Source: an uncultured delta proteobacterium
GTDB taxonomy: Bacteria; Desulfobacterota; Desulfobacteria; Desulfobacterales; QNYZ01
Length of the DNA: 64,000 nt
Assembly: GCA_963845145.1 (NCBI GenBank)
Contig: CAWJQU010000008.1
Coordinates: 192,001 to 256,000 of the forward strand
Reading direction: 5' to 3'
The number at the start of each line of letters is the position of its first letter. The stretch's first letter is position 1. Below, piece after piece: positions 10,501 through 21,191 of the stretch. A program made the position numbers and the translations under genes. The notes under the pieces were generated by a model. The model had not been told where the DNA came from. It worked only from the letters and a program-made list of their open reading frames with translations, and did not search any database.

Positions 10501-11283
10501 TTAAATAACCTTGGCCTCATTGGCTAAAAGCCCAACGACCTCGGCTGTAATTTCGGCCGCTTCGCCTTCAAATTTCCGTCCGCCCTGGCGGGCTTGGGAG
10601 GCCATAAACTCAACCACTTCCGATTTCGGCCCGGCACTGCTGATTTCATCCACTGAAAGCCCCAGGGTCGCCAGATCCATGACATTGATTTTCTTTTTCT
10701 TTGCCATCATAACACCACGCATGGCGGGCAGTCGCGGTTCGTTAATGCTGACATCCACCGTAATGACTGCCGGCAGCGCCACTTCAACGATTTCGGTACC
10801 GCTGTCTCCGGCGCGGGATACCTTAATATGCTGCTCATCGACAACCTCGATGGCAACCACATTGCTTACACACGGTAATCCTAGATATTCGGCCAGGGTG
10901 ATACCGGTCTGGCCGCTATCCGTATCCTGAGCTTGTTTACCTGTGATGATTAAATCATAATCTCCCGTCTCATAAACCTTTTGCAACACTTTGGCATAAA
11001 CGGCCGAATCGGCTTTTTCCAGGGCCGGATCTTCGATATGAATGCCGTTATCAATCCCCATGGCATAGCATCGTCGAATCACATCTGTATTGTCACCGCC
11101 ACCGACACTTACCAGTGTCGTCTCCGCACCACTGTTTTCCTTGAGTTGCACGGAGGTTTCGACCGCATTTTCATCCCAGGCGTTGGTTACATATTGCAGC
11201 CCATCTTCAACAATAGCGCCATTTTCAACGCGGATGGTCAATTCAACATCAACGACCTTTTTCACAGTTGTAAGAATTTTCAA
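10501..11283 (-). CDS. etfB: Electron transfer flavoprotein beta subunit
   Basis: NAWDENAVE, GKQAQDTDSGQ, INEPRLP motifs. Confidence 0.95.
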   Translation of the reverse strand: MKILTTVKKVVDVELTIRVENGAIVEDGLQYVTNAWDENAVETSVQLKENSGAETTLVSVGGGDNTDVIRRCYAMGIDNGIHIEDPALEKADSAVYAKVLQKVYETGDYDLIITGKQAQDTDSGQTGITLAEYLGLPCVSNVVAIEVVDEQHIKVSRAGDSGTEIVEVALPAVITVDVSINEPRLPAMRGVMMAKKKKINVMDLATLGLSVDEISSAGPKSEVVEFMASQARQGGRKFEGEAAEITAEVVGLLANEAKVI

Positions 11284-11340
11284 ATTGTCCTCCTATGTAT
11301 TGGGTCCTCTTAAGCCTAAACCATCATATCCCATCAAGAC

Positions 11341-12213
11341 TTATTTCACTAAAATGCGTTTATTCCCACAAACGACCATCAATTCGGATTCATCGGCGGG
11401 AAAGGCGAGAGTCATATTGAGGGTTTGACCCATTTGCACGGCAAGCGATGTGGGTCTCGAATTACTGATCATCACCGGCAGATGTGCTCGCGCCGCTTTT
11501 TGAACCAATTCGTAACTGATCCGTGAAGATAAAACCAGCACGCCGGCATTAGACAGTTTCCGGTCCATAAACGCCTTGCCGATGGCTTTATCCAGCGCAT
11601 TATGCCTGCCGACATCTTCCGCAAAAGAAATCAGTCCCAGTTGTTTATCAAAAATAATGGCGGCGTGCGAACCCCTTGTATGCTGGTAATAGTTCTGATT
11701 TTCGGATAGTTTCCGGATGCAATCAAAGACTTCATCGAGTGTTACTGTAAAGCCGTCTTTTGCCGGCGTTAAAACCTGATAGAGATCTTTAATCATTTCT
11801 TTACCGCAAATTCCGCAACTGGTCTGGCTGATAAAGCCCTTTCTCGCGAGTAGCTCAGGTATTTTTTTGCGTCTTTCGTCTGTTAGCCGAATATCAATAA
11901 CGTTGGAGTCCAAATCGTCACAATACCCGATGGCGCCAAAATCATCCGGAGAATCGGCGATCCCCTCCCCCAGGCAAAACCCTGCAGCGTGAAACAATTC
12001 GTCTCCGGGTGTTCTCATCACTACCGAATATGGTTTACCGTCGATCCGAATAACTAGGGGTTCTTCTCCGATAAAAAAGAGCGACTGGGTCCGGCAGGTG
12101 CCCTCTTTACACCGAAGGACCTCATATGAATCCGTATCATGGCCTGCATTCAATGGGAGCTGATCCTTGAAAAAATAGTGAGGCCGCCTTTTGATACCAT
12201 GATATCGGGCCAC
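11341..12213 (-). CDS. fdhD: FdhD/NarQ family Mo/W-cofactor sulfurtransferase
   Basis: EEPL, MRTPGD, TSCGICG, EDVGRHNALDK, SSRISYELVQK; start codon uncertain. Confidence 0.9.
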   Translation of the reverse strand: MARYHGIKRRPHYFFKDQLPLNAGHDTDSYEVLRCKEGTCRTQSLFFIGEEPLVIRIDGKPYSVVMRTPGDELFHAAGFCLGEGIADSPDDFGAIGYCDDLDSNVIDIRLTDERRKKIPELLARKGFISQTSCGICGKEMIKDLYQVLTPAKDGFTVTLDEVFDCIRKLSENQNYYQHTRGSHAAIIFDKQLGLISFAEDVGRHNALDKAIGKAFMDRKLSNAGVLVLSSRISYELVQKAARAHLPVMISNSRPTSLAVQMGQTLNMTLAFPADESELMVVCGNKRILVK

Positions 12214-12278
12214 ATCGGAGAATAAGACTTCATTTCAAACACTATCCACAATTTGGTTATATTTTAACCCATTGTTTT

Positions 12279-12893
12279 TTATTTATCTCCCGCGCGCTCT
12301 TTGGGGGAGTGAGAAAATGCGAGCGATTCGGTTAACACAAATGCTGCTTGGAGATACGATGTGGGGCAGAGTGGAAAGCACGCTTTACAATCATTGCACT
12401 CTTTTGCGGCAATCTCGGGAATAAAACTGATCTCTTTGTTTATGCCCCGGTCGACAAATCCGAGGGCATTCTTTTTGGCCACCTCGGCACAATATCTGAC
12501 GCATAGGCCGCAATGAATACAAAAAGATGGGTCTTTTTCAAACCGGTCCCTTACCGCCCCATACTCCTTTGCCATTTCCGTTAGCTGTGGCGAATCAGGG
12601 GCATGGGCCATCAGAAGTTCAATGATGGTCTTGCGAATTCGATCCACCTTTTCAGACCGAGTTCTGACCTTAATGTTATTTTGCGCCGGAAACACGCATG
12701 AAACAACGAGCTTTGTCCAACCTCGATCTTCCACTTCAACAATACAAATCCGACATCCACCGAAAGGTTCCAGTTTTTCATGGTGACACAGGGTTGGTAT
12801 GAATATTCCTTCACCCTGGGCAACCTCTAGGATGGTCATGCCTTCAGTCGCCTGGACTTCTGTTCCATCAATTTCAAATTGAATTTCGCTCAT
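12279..12893 (-). CDS. bamI: Class II benzoyl-CoA reductase subunit BamI (NuoG N-terminal-like Fe-S protein), copy 1
   Basis: IPTLCHH..GGCRICIVE..SC 2Fe-2S motif, CIHCGLCVRYC; last gene of the bam operon. Confidence 0.85.
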   Translation of the reverse strand: MSEIQFEIDGTEVQATEGMTILEVAQGEGIFIPTLCHHEKLEPFGGCRICIVEVEDRGWTKLVVSCVFPAQNNIKVRTRSEKVDRIRKTIIELLMAHAPDSPQLTEMAKEYGAVRDRFEKDPSFCIHCGLCVRYCAEVAKKNALGFVDRGINKEISFIPEIAAKECNDCKACFPLCPTSYLQAAFVLTESLAFSHSPKERAGDK

Positions 12894-14820
12894 TATTTTT
12901 TACTCTTTTTCGTTATCGTTCTTTCAGCTTCGGAAACAGGATCCGGAACCTGCTCCCCGGAAAGTTTTACGACCGCTTTAAACCGCGGGGGACAAACTTC
13001 CAAACACGTTCCGCAATTGGTACATTTCTCCGAATCGATAATATGAATTTTTTTCTTACCCCCGTCAATGGCATCAGCCGGACAGTTTCTAGCACAGATC
13101 ATGCAAGCCTGACACTTGGCCGGATCAATATAATAAGCAATCAATTCTTTACACGATAAAGAAGGACACCGCTTTTCCTTGATATGGGCCTCGTACTCAT
13201 CCCTGAAATAACGTAACGTACTTAAAAACGGGTTGGGTGCACTCTTGCCTAACGCACAAAGGGAGGCTTCCACGGCCGTCTCAGACAACTCTTCCAACAG
13301 TTCAATGTCGCCTTCTTTTCCCTCACCATGGGTGATGTTGGTTAAAATACGGTGCATCTGCCTTAAGCCCTCTCGGCAGGGGACACATTTGCCACAGGAT
13401 TCATCGGTAAGAAATTCGATAAAATACCTGGCGACATCCACCATACAGGTATCCTCGTCCATGACGATCATCCCGCCCGAGCCCATCATTGAGCCGGCCT
13501 TGGTCAGTTCGTCAAAGCCTACTTGCAGATCCAGCTGATCTTCCGGGATACATCCCCCAGACGGCCCACCGGTCTGTACTGCTTTAAACTTTTTACCATC
13601 CGGAATACCGCCGCCGATTTTATAAATAATATCTCTTAAGGTCATACCCATGGGTACTTCCACAAGACCGGTATTGGTGATCTTGCCGACCAAAGAAAAA
13701 ATTTTGGTTCCTTTACTGCTTTCCGTCCCCACAGAAGTAAACCAGTCCGCCCCGTTGTTGACAATAAGCGGTACATTCGCCCAAGTCTCAACATTGTTTA
13801 AAACACTGGGACGATTCCATAAACCCTTTGATATTAGAGCGAGTGTATTTGGGTCGGGGCTCCCCGACCTTACCTTCCAGGGATGTCATCAAAGCCGTTG
13901 ACTCACCACAAACAAAAGCCCCGGCTCCCTGATGCACGAATACGTTAAAATCAAAACCCGACCCCAGGATATTTTTTCCCAGCAGGCCATATTCCTCCGC
14001 CTGTTTGATGGCCAAGTTAATATTCTTAACCGCCAAGGGATATTCCTGTCTGACATAAAAATAGCCCTCGTGGGCACGGATGGCGTATCCACCGATGATC
14101 AATCCCTCCAGAATTGAGTGGGGATTCCCTTCAAGCAATGCTCTGTCCATAAATGCACCGGGGTCGCCTTCATCCGCGTTGACAATCACATATTTTATCG
14201 GTTCAGAAGCATTTCGGGACCCCTCCCACTTACGGCCTGCGGGAAAACCGGCCCCTCCCCGACCTCTTAGGTTGGACTTTTTAACCTCTTCCAACACATC
14301 CATATCGGTCATTTCACTGAGCGCTTTGGCCAATGCGGAGTAACCGCCAATGGCCAAATAGTCATCAATACTTTTGGAGTCAATTTTGATGTTATTGCAC
14401 AGAACGGTTCGTTGCTGGCTTTTATAAAAGGAAATATCCGATTCTTTGACCGCTTTTTCACCCGTCGTGGGATCTTCGTACAACAAACGGTCGATAACTT
14501 TCTTTCCCTTTATTGTCTCTGAAACGATTTCGGGGACGTCTTCAGGTTTTACTTGAAGGTAGCATATCTCTTCCGGATATATCACCACCACCGGTCCCCG
14601 TTCACAAAAACCCGGGCATCCAGTGCCTTTGGTTTCAACCGTTGCTGTTAAATTTTCTTTTTCAATCTCTTTGTTAAACATATCAATGACTTCATCCGCA
14701 CCTGAGGCCACACACCCAGCACCGGCACATATGGAAATGCACGGGTTCTCCGGATCTCTGCGTGATAATAATTCTTTCTCTGAAATTCTGTAACGCTTCA
14801 GGCGAATTTAACTGCGCCAT
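12893..14820 (-). pseudogene. bamH: BamH (NuoF-like NADH/FMN subunit), copy 1, interrupted by two +1 frameshifts (real or sequencing error)
   Basis: ATG 14820 MAQLNSPEALQNFRE; extra A near 14776 and extra base near 13822; removing them gives ELLSRRDPENPCISICAG and KGLWNRPSVLNNVETW, colinear with the intact paralog 46644-48581. Confidence 0.85.
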
Positions 14821-14829
14821 AATGATCCC

Positions 14830-15282
14830 CTACTCATAAGTTTTTAACGCTTCCGATGTCTTGACCGGTGACATTTTACCGTGGACCTTACCATCGACTT
14901 CCATCACGGGGCCTAAGGCACAGCAACCGAGACAGTTGACGGTTTCCAAACTGAAATTCAGGTCCAGGTCGGTTTCACCGGGTTTTATGCCTATAGCCTC
15001 TTCCACTGTATCCAGAATGCGGGTGGCCCCTCGAACATGGCAGGCCGTTCCCAAACAAATGTGAACTTTATGGCGCCCTTTGGGAACCAAACTGAAGGCT
15101 TTATAGAAAGTCGCAATGTGCTGTATCCGGGTTAAAGGGACATCTAATTTCTCGCTGACCCGACCCAGTGCATCCTTGGAAAGCCAACTGTTTTCACTTT
15201 GAATATCAAGCAAGATCTGAAGCAAAGAACTGGCTTTGCCTTGATGTTTATCAATAATCCGGTCGATTTTTTCCATTTCCAT
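14830..15282 (-). CDS. bamG: BamG (NuoE-like 2Fe-2S subunit), copy 1
   Basis: ATFYKAF, CLGTACHVRG, CLGCCALGP. Confidence 0.88.
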   Translation of the reverse strand: MEMEKIDRIIDKHQGKASSLLQILLDIQSENSWLSKDALGRVSEKLDVPLTRIQHIATFYKAFSLVPKGRHKVHICLGTACHVRGATRILDTVEEAIGIKPGETDLDLNFSLETVNCLGCCALGPVMEVDGKVHGKMSPVKTSEALKTYE

Positions 15283-15359
15283 AGACGTTGTCCTAACTTT
15301 TACTTTGTTCTTGATCGATTCGCCTATACGCTATTCATGTAGAAAACTGTGCGTAGAAG

Positions 15360-16136
15360 TCAGTTCGTAGAAGCAAGTGCGTAACACTTGCTGGCCGTGT
15401 CATATTTAACCATTCCGTATCTTGATGAACTGATCATGTGCCGGGATATTTCTGAAGGGTTCAGTCCCAGCCGCTCAGAGATATCACTCGTTGAAAGAGG
15501 TTTTTCATCCAACAGCAACAATATTTGACTGATTGCCAATTTTTCTGAAAATATTTTATCAAATAAGGCGTTAACTTCACGACTCGCAAAAAACTCAGTG
15601 TAAGCCTGCTTTGATTTTTCCGGGACGCGGAACCGTTCCCTTTCAAGCAGCCTCAGATAGGGGACGAGCTTTCTGGCTGCCTCCAGTTTGAATCGCACCA
15701 TATTCGCATCCAGCCCTTCGCTTTTCCCAAGGGGCCCCATCTCCTTTATCTGATTGCTGAAATCATTCGTATATTCGGCCAACAGATTGCCGTCTGCGCC
15801 GGACATAAACTCAGTCCTCATCCTTTTCGGGTTCAAACCGATGTGTTCCAGTATTTTTTTACATATATGGGTAATAGCAAATGCATCATAATTACCATGG
15901 GTCACGTAATTGCACTCATCTAACTTGCAGCCACCGATAAATACACCGTCTTGCCCTTTTAAAAAGGCCCTTAGAATAAATTCCAGGTCGACTCTACCGG
16001 AACACATGACACGAATAAGTCGCATGTCATTGGAATATTGCAGTCTGGAAACTCCAGCCAGGTCAGCGGCACCGTATGCTCACCAATGGCAGACAAAGCC
16101 TAAAATTTTCGGCTTGAATTCAAGACCTGTACTCAT
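15360..16136 (-). CDS. bamF: BamF (MvhD-like selenoprotein with C-terminal winged HTH), copy 1
   Basis: ATG 16136 MSTGLEFKPKILGFVCHW-TGA(16080-16082)-AYGAADLAG continues in frame into ORF 15360-16025; TGA occupies the conserved MvhD CxxC Cys position. Confidence 0.9.
16045..16082 (-). promoter_or_regulatory. Sec codon plus bacterial SECIS-like hairpin in bamF-1
   Basis: CTGGA-GTT-TCCAG hairpin starting 22 nt after the TGA; TGGCTGGAGTTTCCAGACT identical in bamF-2. Confidence 0.7.
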
Positions 16137-16225
16137 CCCTTGCATCCTCCTATATTAATCGACCGTTATTTTTTCAATTGATGTAATCATGTTTTCTTTT
16201 ATTGGCTCTGCCCAACCATCAACGA

Positions 16226-19200
16226 TTATGCATCCTCAAGCGCAGCGTCCATTTGTTCGATGATATCCGCATCCGTCACAGCTGCTTCGATCTGGCTAAA
16301 AAGGGCATCATTGGTAAAATGTTTGAGAATAATTGCATTCGTCGGACATTTTGCATTACACAGGCCATCACCTTTACAGAGGATAGGATTCACAATCGCC
16401 TTTATCCCTCTGGGGGTATCACGAAACTGAATGGCATCGTAGGTACAAGCGGTAATGCAGGCGCCGCAGGCCACACAATCGTACTCATTGACCTTGGCTA
16501 CAGAACCGGAAGCGACAACCGTCTCTTTTGACAGCAGCGTCAATACCCTTCCGGCAGCACCGTAGGCCTGGTTGATGGTTTCCTGAATATGTTTGGGATA
16601 GTGGGCGGTTCCGCAAAGGAAAACGCCATCGGATGCAAACTCAACCGGCTTTAATTTAACATGTGCTTCTTTAAAGAATTCATCCGGGCTCAATGTTACC
16701 TTAAATTGACCGGCGACTTCCGGAGTGGTTTCCGACGGGATAACCGCTGAGGCCAAAGAGAGGATATCCGCATCCAATTCTAACCGTTGGCCTAAAATTT
16801 CATCAAAGGCGGTAACCCTGATAACATCTTTGCCCCCCTCTTTGACAACTTCAACCTGAGGAGCATCTTCCGGCTCATAGCGAATGAACCGTACACCACT
16901 TTCAGAGGCTTCCCGGTAAAAATCCTCTTTATATCCATAGGTTCGCATATCCCTAAAAAGGATATAGATCCGCATATCCGGGTTTATTTTTTTCAGTTTC
17001 AAAGCATTTTTTACCGCATGGCTACAACACACGCGGCTGCAGTAATTTCTTTCTTCATTTCGACTACCCACGCATTGAATCATCACCAGGTTCTCGGCCT
17101 TCGTAACCGCCTCATTACCCTTGACGATCTCTTCTCCCAACTCAAGATGGGTGAATACCTGCTCATTTTCGCCATACAGGTACTCTTTGGGTTTATATTC
17201 CTCGGCGCCGATGGCAAGTACCGTAGCACCATGCTTGATGTTCTTGATTCTCCCCTCGGTTTCAATCGTGGTGGTAAAATTACCCAGGTATCCGGCAACA
17301 TCCTTGATGGTTGCTTCATGCGACACATGAATCAATGGGTTTTTATACACCTGTCTGATGACGTCACCCAGATGCGCTTGAACATCCATGCCTTCTATTG
17401 TGGTGTGAAGCCGGCGTGCCACACCGCCCAACTCTTTTTCCTTTTCAACCAACTGCACCTCGTGCCCCTGCCCGGCAATGGACAAAGCACAGGTCATGCC
17501 GGCGATCCCCCCGCCGACCACTAAGGCCGTCTTATTGACCGGCAGGTCAAACTCTTTCAGGGGTTCCAGGTAGGCAGCCCGTGCCACAGACATGCGAATG
17601 ATGTCCTGCGCCTTTTCGGTGGCCTCGTCTTTTTGCTTGGCATGAACCCACGAACAGTGCTCGCGTATATTGGCCATATCCAGGTAATACTGATTTAGCC
17701 CAGCTTCCCGCAGGGTATCCCGAAATAGGGGTTCAAGTGTTCTGGGTGAGCAAGCGCCGATCACCACGCGATTTAAGCCCTTCTCCTTGGCAAGATCGGT
17801 GATTTCCCGCGCGGAGTTGGTCGCGCATGAAAAGATTTGCTCCGTGGCATAAACCACATTGGGTAAGGTCAGGGCATACTCAACCGTGTTGGGAACATTG
17901 ACGATGGCAGATATATTCGCCCCGCAATGACACACAAAGACACCGATTCGAGGCTCTTCGTTGGAAACATCGCGCTCTTCAGGGTATACTCTTTCCCTCG
18001 CTAACTTACCGCGCCGGTAGTCAAGCATCTCTCCTGTTTGAGATCCGGCACCGCTTGCTGAAAAAACCGATTCAGGGATATCCGTGGGCCCCTGAAATGC
18101 GCCGCTGACAAAAATTCCTGGCTGGCTGGTCAACATGGGATTGGAATCAATAGTTTTATTAAAGCCATGCGAATTAAGCTCTATTCCGAATTTTTCAGAC
18201 AGTTCTTTAAAATCCGCTGGTGGACTCAATCCAATAGACAAAACCACCATGTCAAATTCTTCTTCTTTAACACCATCATCCGGCGTCGCATACCTGACGA
18301 TGACGTCCTTGTTTTCAGGGTTTTCGCCGGCGATGGATGCATAACTCCTGATAAACCGGGTATCTTCAAGCTGTTCAGCCCTTTGGTAGTATCGTTCGAA
18401 ATCCTTTCCAAATGAACGGATATCGTTGTGAAATATCGTGCATTTGGCGTCGCCATGATGTTCTTTGGTCAAAATGACCTGTTTTTGGGTATAGGTACAG
18501 CAAACCCCGGAACAATAGCTGTTATCACCCTCTGTTACCCTGCGGGATCCGATGCATTGCAGCCAGGCTATATTTTTAGGATGCTTTTTGTCTGAAGCAC
18601 GCAGCACCTCACCGCCGTAGGGACCGGTGGATGACAACAGGCGTTCATAGTCCATACTGGTGACAACGTTTTGGGTTGTCGTGTAGGCATATTCATCCCT
18701 CACAGATGGATCAAACGGGGTTATCCCCGAAGAGAGAATAATCGCCCCCACATTCACATCCGCTTTTTTTTCCGTCTGTTTAAAATCGATGGCTCCCGCC
18801 TGGCATACACGCCGACAGATGTCACATTTTTTCTCTTTTAGGAACAGACAGCTTTCATCAATATAGGAGACCAGGGGAATGGCCTGGGAGAAATACACAT
18901 GGACCGCTTTATTGTCCGATATTCCCTGATTAAATTTATCGGGATATGAAACCGGGCAGTATTCCACACAGGTCGTACAACCTGTACATTTCTCTTCAAT
19001 GATGTATCGCGGTTTGGTTTTTAAGCTTACCTTAAAATCACCTGCTTCACCTTCCACGCGCTCAACTTCAGTAAATGTGAGAACCTCTATGTTTGGATGC
19101 CGGCCGACCTCGACCAGTTTGGGTGAGAGAATTCACATCGAGCAGTCATTGGTGGGAAAAGTTTTGTCAAGCTGGGCCATGTGCCCACCGATGCTCGGTC

Positions 19201-19363
19201 CTTTCTCAACGAGGTAAACCTTAAATCCGGCCGTGGCAAGGTCTAAGGACGCCTGAATACCACTGACCCCACCACCAACCACCAAAACGTCTCCGAATTG
19301 ACTCTTACCGAGATCCCCGGAAATTTGTTGGACGATCTCTTTTGGTAGTACGTCGTTTCCCAC
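16226..19363 (-). CDS. bamE: BamE (HdrA-like flavo-Fe-S subunit), selenoprotein, copy 1
   Basis: ORFs 19133-19363 and 16226-19057 are one frame joined by TGA 19133-19135 in [18 protein letters not shown]; two GGG.xG FAD motifs; paralog has Cys here. Confidence 0.92.
19098..19135 (-). promoter_or_regulatory. Sec codon plus SECIS-like hairpin in bamE-1
   Basis: CTGGTCG-AGGT-CGGCCGG stem-loop (two G:U pairs) 15 nt after the TGA; absent from the Cys paralog. Confidence 0.7.
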
Positions 19364-19455
19364 TGTCTATCTCCTCATTAAATAAGGTGGTTCCATTTAT
19401 TTTGGTTTTAATATTTTTGAACCACTTAAATGTTCGTCTTTTTTATCAAATTGAC

Positions 19456-20607
19456 CTATAGCATCTCATTAATAATTTCTGTAATGTCTTTTACTTCCAG
19501 GACTTCCTCATACTCAAGGTTCAAGCGGCTTTCTTCAAAATTGGTGATGCAATAGGGACAGGAAGTTGCTAAAATCTGGGCACCAGTCGCTTTGGCCTGT
19601 TTTAATCGAATGTCGGAAAAACGTTCCTCCTGAGGCGTGTCCATCCAAATTCGTCCACCGCCACCGCCGCAACAGAGACTGTTTTTGCCAAAGGCTTCCA
19701 TCTCAACCAGATTCACTCCGGGTACCTTTTTCAGCAAGTTACGGGGTTCGTTATAAATCCCGTTGTGCCGTCCAAGGTAACAAGGGTCGTGATACGTGAT
19801 TGTCTTTTCGAGTTCCCCTTTTAATTCAAGCCGGCCTTCATTAATCAGTTCCAGGATATATTGATTCATATGTAGAACTTCGAAATGGACCATGAATTCA
19901 GGATATTCGTTTTTAAACGTATGATAGCAATGCGGGGATGATACGATGATCTTCTTAACCCCGTTATCGATAAACGTCTTGATATTTTGTTTGGCGAGCG
20001 TCTTAAATACGTTCTCACTGCCCGTTTTTCGGATGCTCTCGCCACAACAGCTTTCCTTTTCACCCAGAATCCCGAATTGCACGCCGGCCTGGTTAAGGAT
20101 ATTGGCTGTCGCGATGGCCACTTTCTTCATGCGAGGATCATAGGCAAAGTAACACCCGACAAAATAGAGGGCCTCCATCCCTTCTTCATAGGGTTTTACC
20201 GGGAGCCCTTTGGCCCATTCGGCACGTTTTCCACGCTCTCCTTGAAGGGGATTGCCTTCGGAGATGAGGCTTGCCCTGGCCGTTCGGGCCGACTTAACCG
20301 AGGCGGGGAACATTTCATAAGCCGAGGCAAGTTTGCGCAAGGCGACACTGATGTCTATCTGCTTGACACCCCTGGGGCATTGAGCCGGGCAAGTTCCGCA
20401 GGTCGTACAGCGCCAGATATCTTCACCTTCCACTTCACTTAACCCAAAGGCGGCCTCACGAATAAGTTTTCGCATGCTAAAGTTTCTAACTTTATTCCAC
20501 GGGCAAACGACATCACACAGCCCGCACTGAAAGCATAGCTTAAAGATTTCACCACCGGCCTCTTTGATCTCATCGATAACTTCTATAAAGGGGGCTACCG
20601 TTTCCAC
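19456..20607 (-). CDS. bamD: BamD (HdrC/HdrB-like Fe-S protein with CCG domains), copy 1
   Basis: CFQCGLCDVVCP, CTTCGTCPAQCP, SCCG, HDPCYLGR, LCCGGGGG; operon position. Confidence 0.88.
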   Translation of the reverse strand: METVAPFIEVIDEIKEAGGEIFKLCFQCGLCDVVCPWNKVRNFSMRKLIREAAFGLSEVEGEDIWRCTTCGTCPAQCPRGVKQIDISVALRKLASAYEMFPASVKSARTARASLISEGNPLQGERGKRAEWAKGLPVKPYEEGMEALYFVGCYFAYDPRMKKVAIATANILNQAGVQFGILGEKESCCGESIRKTGSENVFKTLAKQNIKTFIDNGVKKIIVSSPHCYHTFKNEYPEFMVHFEVLHMNQYILELINEGRLELKGELEKTITYHDPCYLGRHNGIYNEPRNLLKKVPGVNLVEMEAFGKNSLCCGGGGGRIWMDTPQEERFSDIRLKQAKATGAQILATSCPYCITNFEESRLNLEYEEVLEVKDITEIINEML

Positions 20608-20640
20608 CGTCTTTGTTCATCCTATTTTTGGGAAAATAAG

Positions 20641-21174
20641 TTATTCCTTCTCGGAAAGTCGCGCCAGGGCGTCCCGTATCTTATCCATGCCGAATCTATC
20701 TGCCAGGGATTCCAGGCCGACTTCCAACTCTTCCTGCTCCTCTTGCTCTTCGACTTCCTCTTCCCTCTCTTCAACCACGAGTGCGTCAACCGTACACCAC
20801 TTCACACACAAGGGTTCATCTTCGCCTTCACACATATCGCATTTCAATGGAAGGCCGGAATCGGGTTCTTTAAACTCTTCTCTGGAAGGACAGGAAGCCC
20901 GGCAAAAGGCACACTCATCATACTCTTTTCCCGCAATCGAGTACTTATCTCGGCCGGCACATTCAGCAACCGTATACTCCCCCGCGTAGGTAGGAATATA
21001 GAGGTCTCTCAATGGATCACGAATCACACGAATACGGGACCTGGCCGGATTATTGCTGCTATATTTGGGATTGGCATGAAAGGCGGAACAGATCATCTCG
21101 CAGGCCCGGCACCCATGACATTTTTCAAGATCTATTTTGATTGTTTTTATGATTTTTTTCTTTACTTCGCTCAA
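20641..21174 (-). CDS. bamC: BamC ([4Fe-4S] electron-transfer subunit), copy 1
   Basis: CHGCRACEMICS, CAFCRASCP, KCDMC; directly after bamB. Confidence 0.9.
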   Translation of the reverse strand: MSEVKKKIIKTIKIDLEKCHGCRACEMICSAFHANPKYSSNNPARSRIRVIRDPLRDLYIPTYAGEYTVAECAGRDKYSIAGKEYDECAFCRASCPSREEFKEPDSGLPLKCDMCEGEDEPLCVKWCTVDALVVEEREEEVEEQEEQEELEVGLESLADRFGMDKIRDALARLSEKE

Positions 21175-21191
21175 GGTTCGTATCCTCCCCT

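Noticed and set aside
12279..15282. Respiratory complex I (nuoEFG) or hydrogenase operon
   Set aside because: No membrane Nuo subunits or hydrogenase catalytic subunit; context fits bamGHI
19133..19363. Separate 76-aa gene or bamE pseudogene
   Set aside because: The TGA aligns with Cys in the paralog and has a SECIS-like hairpin, so it is read as one selenoprotein
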